This document shows positions 58,893 to 64,000 of a DNA stretch of 64,000 nt, in pieces (within the stretch, counting starts at the first letter, position 1; each line of letters opens with the position of its first letter). The stretch comes from Syntrophorhabdaceae bacterium. Lineage in GTDB: Bacteria > Desulfobacterota > Syntrophorhabdia > Syntrophorhabdales > Syntrophorhabdaceae. The stretch covers positions 128,001 through 192,000 of the forward strand of contig CAXXUO010000001.1 in the NCBI GenBank assembly GCA_963666485.2. Direction: 5' to 3'. The notes under the pieces were generated by a model. That model saw only the letters and a list, made by a program, of their open reading frames with translations, was not told the origin of the DNA and made no database searches. Made by a program: the position numbers and the translations under genes.

Positions 58893-59570
58893 ATGACAAA
58901 ACTGAATGAAAAAGCGTGGCTCAGCCTGGCGGCACTCGCAGTGTTCATGGGTCTGCTGCTCTTTATTCCCGCATGGAGCATCCGCTACTGGCATGCATGG
59001 ATCTATATAGTCGTGTTCATGGGAACATCAAGCGTGATCACGGTGTACCTGATGCGGCACGAACCGGAGCTTCTCGAACGACGCATGAAGGGCGGACCGA
59101 CCGCAGAACAAAGGCCGGTTCAAAAGTTTATCATGCTCTGGACATCGATCGGGTTCATTTCTCTGCTCGTAGTACCCGCGCTCGATCATCGCTTCAAGTG
59201 GTCTTCCGTGCCGGTTATGTTCGTAGTGCCGGGCGATCTCCTGGTGGTAATCGGATTCTATTTCATTTTTCGCGTCTACAGAGAGAATCCGTATTCATCC
59301 GCAACGATAGAGATAGTCGAAGGGCAAAAGCTCGTTTCGACAGGGCCGTATGCTGTCGTTCGCCATCCCATGTATGCAAGTGCTCTATTGTACCTCATTG
59401 GCACACCGCTTGCCCTTGGTTCGTACTGGGGATTCATCGGGCTTGTATTCATGCTGCCGTTCCTGCTCTGGCGTCTTCTTGACGAAGAACGTTTTCTTTC
59501 GCTAAACCTGCCAGGATATGAGGAATACCGGAAGCGGGTGCGGTATCGTCTCGTACCTTTTCTATGGTAG
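58893..59570 (+). CDS. Isoprenylcysteine carboxylmethyltransferase (ICMT/PEMT) family membrane protein
   Basis: QKLVSTGPYAVVRHPMY, DEERFL and YRLVPFLW motifs. Confidence 0.9.
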   Translation: MTKLNEKAWLSLAALAVFMGLLLFIPAWSIRYWHAWIYIVVFMGTSSVITVYLMRHEPELLERRMKGGPTAEQRPVQKFIMLWTSIGFISLLVVPALDHRFKWSSVPVMFVVPGDLLVVIGFYFIFRVYRENPYSSATIEIVEGQKLVSTGPYAVVRHPMYASALLYLIGTPLALGSYWGFIGLVFMLPFLLWRLLDEERFLSLNLPGYEEYRKRVRYRLVPFLW

Positions 59571-59619
59571 GTTGCGGAGCATCCATTTTTTTGCCTCAGA
59601 TTAAAAGCGATGGAGAATC

Positions 59620-60135
59620 TTACTTGTTTTTGCCCCCCTTCATGGTGAAGCGCCATTTACAAAAGAGATTCTCGGGGTGCGGGTCGGGAGGGGCGAACAC
59701 GCATTCAACCTTTATGTCCCTGTCGATCTCCTCGATCATATTCGCAAATTCCCCGAGATGCATCTCCTTGCAGCTGTATTCTCCCACTCCTTTCTTCAGC
59801 CGGGCCTCCTGGGATGCGCAATGGGAGATCGAGACTATGACCTCCTCGTCTTTCTCCTCGATGTCGAACTCCGATATCATTGTCCACGGGGAATAGCGCA
59901 GGACCCTGGCAAGGCCTTTCAGGCCTTTTTCCTCGATGGAGAACTTCTTTATGATCTCGCGGGTCATGATCTTGCCCATCCTGTGCCACACCTGTTCATT
60001 GATCTTGATAGCGGCATCGTAGCCGTAGGTATGTTCGACCCCGAGAAACCAGAACCCGTCGGTCTTTCTGAACAGGTCCACCATGAACTCAATATAAGGC
60101 CGAAGCTCTTCGCTATCGAACTCGCGTATCTTCAT
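59620..60135 (-). CDS. DUF6125-like protein
   Basis: DGFWFLGVE, C..Q.AR, CKEMH and ECVFAPPDPHP..FCKW motifs. Confidence 0.7.
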   Translation of the reverse strand: MKIREFDSEELRPYIEFMVDLFRKTDGFWFLGVEHTYGYDAAIKINEQVWHRMGKIMTREIIKKFSIEEKGLKGLARVLRYSPWTMISEFDIEEKDEEVIVSISHCASQEARLKKGVGEYSCKEMHLGEFANMIEEIDRDIKVECVFAPPDPHPENLFCKWRFTMKGGKNK

Positions 60136-60293
60136 AAAAGGCCCTCCTCCATCGCCTTATAAGGCTACCATAGTTCCCCGAATGCCGGTCAAGATTCTTC
60201 CTCTTTTCTCTCGCGAAATCCTGATTTTCGATATAATAACTATATTGGTAATACGAGCATACGAAGGATCAGTGAAAAATAAAGGGAGGTATC

Positions 60294-60488
60294 ATGAAGA
60301 AACTCGAAGTGACATTACCGGAACTGGCGCTTATCGCCGGCACCAGGGCGATACTCGGGGCAGGGATCGGCCTGCTTATAGCGGATAAGATACCGGAGGA
60401 CCAACGTAAGGCCGTCGGCTGGACCCTCACGATCATAGGGGCTGCAACGACGATCCCGCTCGCTGTAAATGCCCTGGCAAAAAAGTAG
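60294..60488 (+). CDS. Small membrane protein
   Basis: GGGAGG RBS; PELALIAGTRAILGAGIGLL and a second TM segment. Confidence 0.75.
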   Translation: MKKLEVTLPELALIAGTRAILGAGIGLLIADKIPEDQRKAVGWTLTIIGAATTIPLAVNALAKK

Positions 60489-60494
60489 CGGCGT

Positions 60495-61061
60495 CTATCT
60501 CGATCTCTTTTTTCTGGCTGCGTCGTCGAGTGCCTTCCGGGGATCACAGCGGTTGTCACGGAGACACGATAGGAAAAAATAGGGCTCGATCTCCCCGCGG
60601 CGTACCAGGTATGTATAGGGACGGGACGCCAGCGATATCCCGAAATGGAGATGGCTCGGGGTACGCGCCGCATTGCCGGATGACCCGATATACCCCAGGA
60701 CCTCGCCGGTCTTGACCTTCTTGCCTAAGGTCATGCCGGCGGCGATCCCTTCCAGGTGGCTTCCGTAATAACGGTATCCGTCATCCCCGGCAATACTTAT
60801 CCATATTCCGCCCTTCAGGGCGGGGTCCCGGGTCTTTTCCCAGAGGTCCGTCGACTGGATATCTTCGATAGTACCAGAGACAGGCGAGACAAAGGCGGTG
60901 CCTTTTCCGGCGAATATATCTATACCCGGATAACCATGCCCACCCTTTTTGAATGAAGCGCTTTTTACCGGTTGAACAGGAAAAACATAGGACACCTCGG
61001 CGGCCCCGGCGATGAAGCTCAGAACGATGACAAGGAGTACGGCCGCACACGATATTCTCAT
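60495..61061 (-). CDS. M23 family peptidase
   Basis: H..GIDIFA, YGSHL and GNA..TPSHLHF motifs; signal peptide. Confidence 0.88.
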   Translation of the reverse strand: MRISCAAVLLVIVLSFIAGAAEVSYVFPVQPVKSASFKKGGHGYPGIDIFAGKGTAFVSPVSGTIEDIQSTDLWEKTRDPALKGGIWISIAGDDGYRYYGSHLEGIAAGMTLGKKVKTGEVLGYIGSSGNAARTPSHLHFGISLASRPYTYLVRRGEIEPYFFLSCLRDNRCDPRKALDDAARKKRSR

Positions 61062-61727
61062 TTACCTTATCCTGTAATGTCCCGTTATGGGAAACTCAAA
61101 AAGCCTGTCTTCCTCTTTTGTCCCTGCCCCGATATTATGAATGATAAGTGGCTGGCCCGATCCGTTTTTCCTGTCACTGACGATCATGATGTGGGGAAGG
61201 CCGGGAGGCACTGTACAGGAAACGAGATCGCCCGCCCTGTAGTCGGCGCCTTTTTTTGAGATCGGCACGGAATACCCACGGCGGTCGAAGTACGTCGTGA
61301 GGTTGGCGACACGTCGATGATCTATGTTTGTATCGGGTCCCTTGAGGCCCCACTTGACCGGATACTTTTTGAAATTCCCCCGCATGTCCTCGTGGACCAA
61401 TTCCTGGAGGTCCATGCCGGGCCCCGACCTGAAAGCCCGGATGAGAACGTCCGTGCAAACGCCCCTGTCCAGGGGAACATCTCCGTTCGGATACGGGATG
61501 GATCTATATGCCGGATCGTAGACAATCGTGACGCCGATCTGCTCGCGGGCGGCACGCACTATAGAGATTCCCGGATCGTTTCCGGACTCTGCTGCTGACG
61601 CTCCGAAACCCATCAGGAGGAACGCCGACAGCAGCAGGATCGAAAAGATGGATCGGGAGAACCCTGAGACTATTGCAGGGCAAAGGGCAGGAATGGAACT
61701 AACCCCGGTCAATGAAAAAGAAAGCAA
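61062..61727 (-). CDS. DUF1287 (YijF-like) protein
   Basis: YDPAY..YPNGDVP..GVCTDV, DTNIDHRRV and IIHNIGAG motifs; true start probably downstream. Confidence 0.85.
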   Translation of the reverse strand: MLSFSLTGVSSIPALCPAIVSGFSRSIFSILLLSAFLLMGFGASAAESGNDPGISIVRAAREQIGVTIVYDPAYRSIPYPNGDVPLDRGVCTDVLIRAFRSGPGMDLQELVHEDMRGNFKKYPVKWGLKGPDTNIDHRRVANLTTYFDRRGYSVPISKKGADYRAGDLVSCTVPPGLPHIMIVSDRKNGSGQPLIIHNIGAGTKEEDRLFEFPITGHYRIR

Positions 61728-61742
61728 ATTCCCCGCCCCGTC

Positions 61743-62384
61743 TCAGGGCTGGATAGTTGCCCGCCACGGGAAAGGTCCCGCCGACCAGGAACATCCGTAC
61801 GAACCGTTGACTGTCCTCATGTCGGATGCGAGGATACCCCGATAGGTACACGTCCCGTTCCTTTGCTGCCTGGAGACGCTTACTTCAGCACCCCTGATAT
61901 TGATGGTAAGTGCCGCCCTCTCCTGCGGTTGGCCCGGCCTCGTCCAGACGGCATCGAAGGCGTTGGTCCTACCCCTTCTCGTCCATACTCCATTCCAGCC
62001 CGACTCCTCTTCATTCCAGACCCGCCCCAAAGCGTTGGTCTCATAGGTCCTCAAAAAATTCTGAAATGCGGCGCACGTACTGTTCGGTGATGGCGCGATA
62101 TTGCAGCCGCAGCCGAATCCGCCCCAGTCCCGCTCCATACACGTCTGGCCGTTAATGGTCATCCGGACCCCCTGGGTCTGACAGGTCCTCTGCGCTTCCT
62201 GGGGACTCGATATGGGTATAAATGTGCTCCCGGTAAAATAGAATATGGTAGGTGACACAGAATTGTGACGGACAAATGTCGGCTGCCAGTTGTTGCTCCT
62301 GCATTCGTCTGCGAAAAGCGCGGAAGAGTTGGCGCACAGCAGAAAGGCACAGATGCAAACTGTCAGAATGATACAACGTTTCAT
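61743..62384 (-). CDS. Cys-rich exported hypothetical protein
   Basis: AAGGAG RBS; signal peptide MKRCIIL...; Cys-rich N-domain and Trp-rich C-domain. Confidence 0.65.
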   Translation of the reverse strand: MKRCIILTVCICAFLLCANSSALFADECRSNNWQPTFVRHNSVSPTIFYFTGSTFIPISSPQEAQRTCQTQGVRMTINGQTCMERDWGGFGCGCNIAPSPNSTCAAFQNFLRTYETNALGRVWNEEESGWNGVWTRRGRTNAFDAVWTRPGQPQERAALTINIRGAEVSVSRQQRNGTCTYRGILASDMRTVNGSYGCSWSAGPFPWRATIQP

Positions 62385-62579
62385 GGTGTCCTCCTTGAAT
62401 CTCGGAATAAAAACATTATTCGAGTGCGGCCTGCAGGTTCCCTGGCGACCATATGCTGGGATATTATCAAACAGTAGTTTTTCCGTCAATCAAGAAACTT
62501 TGCCGAGGGACGTCCATGTAACCCCCCCATCCCTTTTTACATTGCAACACCTGACCCCATGCCCTCTTCCGTTCGCATC

Positions 62580-63146
62580 TCACTTTTCCACTTCTTTTCG
62601 TATCCTGTCAACGTCTACCCGGTTCACGTAGCTGATAATGTTGGCCCATGCGCGGTTGTACCTGTATCCTCCTTCGACCATTTCGCGAATGGCTTCCTCT
62701 TTCGTCCACCCCTGGTCTACGATCCTGAACATTGCAACCATAACGCCAACTCGATCCGAACCTTTCCAGCAGTGGATCAAAAATGGACCATTCTCTCTTT
62801 TCCTGATTATCCGCAAAACCCTTACTACATCTTCATCCTCAATATGCCACGGTTTCACGTTCAGTTTTTCGACGTGTAATCCCGTCCCCTCGATCGCGTC
62901 CGCATCAGGATCAAACACATTCAACTCTATCACGGTCTTTATTCCTATTCTCTCAAGGTTCTTCATCCCTTCCGCAGTCGGCTCCTCGCTTCTATAAAGA
63001 TAGTCAGTGATCTTGTAAATATTGGTGAAACCTTCTACCTGTACCGGTGTCGCCCAGGATGCCGGCCGACCTGGCCCTACTGTGCTTTGAACGCAGCCCG
63101 GAAGAGGGGACGCCAACAAGACCAATAGCCAGAGAACAATCCGCAT
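62580..63146 (-). CDS. Dual-specificity/tyrosine protein phosphatase, probable lipoprotein
   Basis: LYRSEEP, IKTVIEL and HCWKGSDR (CX5R) motifs; lipobox-like LPGC. Confidence 0.88.
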   Translation of the reverse strand: MRIVLWLLVLLASPLPGCVQSTVGPGRPASWATPVQVEGFTNIYKITDYLYRSEEPTAEGMKNLERIGIKTVIELNVFDPDADAIEGTGLHVEKLNVKPWHIEDEDVVRVLRIIRKRENGPFLIHCWKGSDRVGVMVAMFRIVDQGWTKEEAIREMVEGGYRYNRAWANIISYVNRVDVDRIRKEVEK

Positions 63147-63370
63147 TACAAGTACCTCCTCTTCGCGCAATCCCTGCCTGTTCACATTATAAGCAGTGCT
63201 TACGGTAAAGAAACCGTTGAGGTCATGCTTGGATGCATAACCGGGGGACGTTCGTTAAAAACTAAAAAACTCCAATTTATTGTCACTGACACGTTATTGC
63301 AGAGCATTGAGAATTATTGGACACGAGGACTAGGGGTGTCCTCCTGTCCAATACCGTGATATACTATCGG

Positions 63371-64000
63371 ATGAAATTTTCTATCAGTAAAAGCCTGCAT
63401 TTCGATGATCTCTCACAATGGCTCTCGGGCCTTGAAAAGATCCCCCTGGAACTCGCGCTACCTTACGATATGCAGGAATTTTTGTCTATCGTCGGGCGCC
63501 TTGACGAACTGAAAGAGTATGTGCGGGATAAAAACATAGTCGTCAATTCAGTCCATGCACCCCATGCGCGCCTTTCCGCCAACGCGTTCCCGTCATGGGC
63601 ACTGCCGGTTATGAGGTTTTCGTTCAGGGTCAGCGCCCGCTTTTGTGTCTTTCATCCTGAGAATCATGTAGCAAAGGCAAGAAAACCTGACTTTCAAGCA
63701 ATTGCCCTCTCGTACATAAAGTCTGTACAGACGAAAATCTCTGTCCCGATGGCGATCGAGACCTTAAGAAGCAACAGCAGGTTGTTCACACCCGCGGAAA
63801 TAGTGCAGCATGATCTGCCCATGGCCCTGAACACGTCACACATAACAGAACAGCTGGCAATCAAGCTGATAGAACAATACTCAGGTAATATTGTGGATGT
63901 CCGTCTGTCGGAAAATGGGACCTCATCGGAAGGATTCGGTATTTCCATACTTGAAGCATTAAAAGTCAGGAAATGGGATGGGTCCGTGACCCTGGAATAC
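63371..64000 (+). CDS. Xylose-isomerase-like TIM-barrel protein (partial, runs off the window)
   Basis: Not in the ORF track; open from ATG 63371 to the edge; SVHAP, VFHP, MAIET, LNTSH and WDGSVTLEY motifs. Confidence 0.75.
   Translation, partial: MKFSISKSLHFDDLSQWLSGLEKIPLELALPYDMQEFLSIVGRLDELKEYVRDKNIVVNSVHAPHARLSANAFPSWALPVMRFSFRVSARFCVFHPENHVAKARKPDFQAIALSYIKSVQTKISVPMAIETLRSNSRLFTPAEIVQHDLPMALNTSHITEQLAIKLIEQYSGNIVDVRLSENGTSSEGFGISILEALKVRKWDGSVTLEY

Overview
A gene-dense window of about 55% GC from an anaerobic bacterium, most likely an aromatic-degrading Desulfobacterota of the Syntrophorhabdus/Syntrophus type (inferred from gene content, not proven). The main landmark is a class II tungsten benzoyl-CoA reductase operon, bamBCDEF (14015-21745, minus strand). 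Its bamE and bamF are each interrupted by an in-frame TGA at a conserved Cys position followed by a SECIS-like hairpin. There is no bamGHI in the operon, and two Rex-like boxes lie upstream. Two more hidden UGA candidates were missed by the ORF track: an HMA-domain/CDF metal transporter (MD-U-PTEE) and a small FmdB-like zinc-ribbon protein. The best candidate for an undescribed system is the operon at 51586-56888: ACP, SAM methyltransferase, a PilZ-PilZ-GNAT-GNAT protein, FabH and a FabX/FabK-like flavoprotein. It may be a c-di-GMP-gated pathway for an acylated lipid or signal molecule. The window also holds an RND efflux system, a secreted TPR-CHAT protease, an omptin, an orphan catabolic operon (29827-36660), a frameshifted acetoacetate-decarboxylase-family gene, dispersed heptamer microsatellites and a MITE/REP-like palindromic element. 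No rRNA, tRNA, CRISPR array or intact transposase was seen. All product calls come from motif recognition, with no database search.
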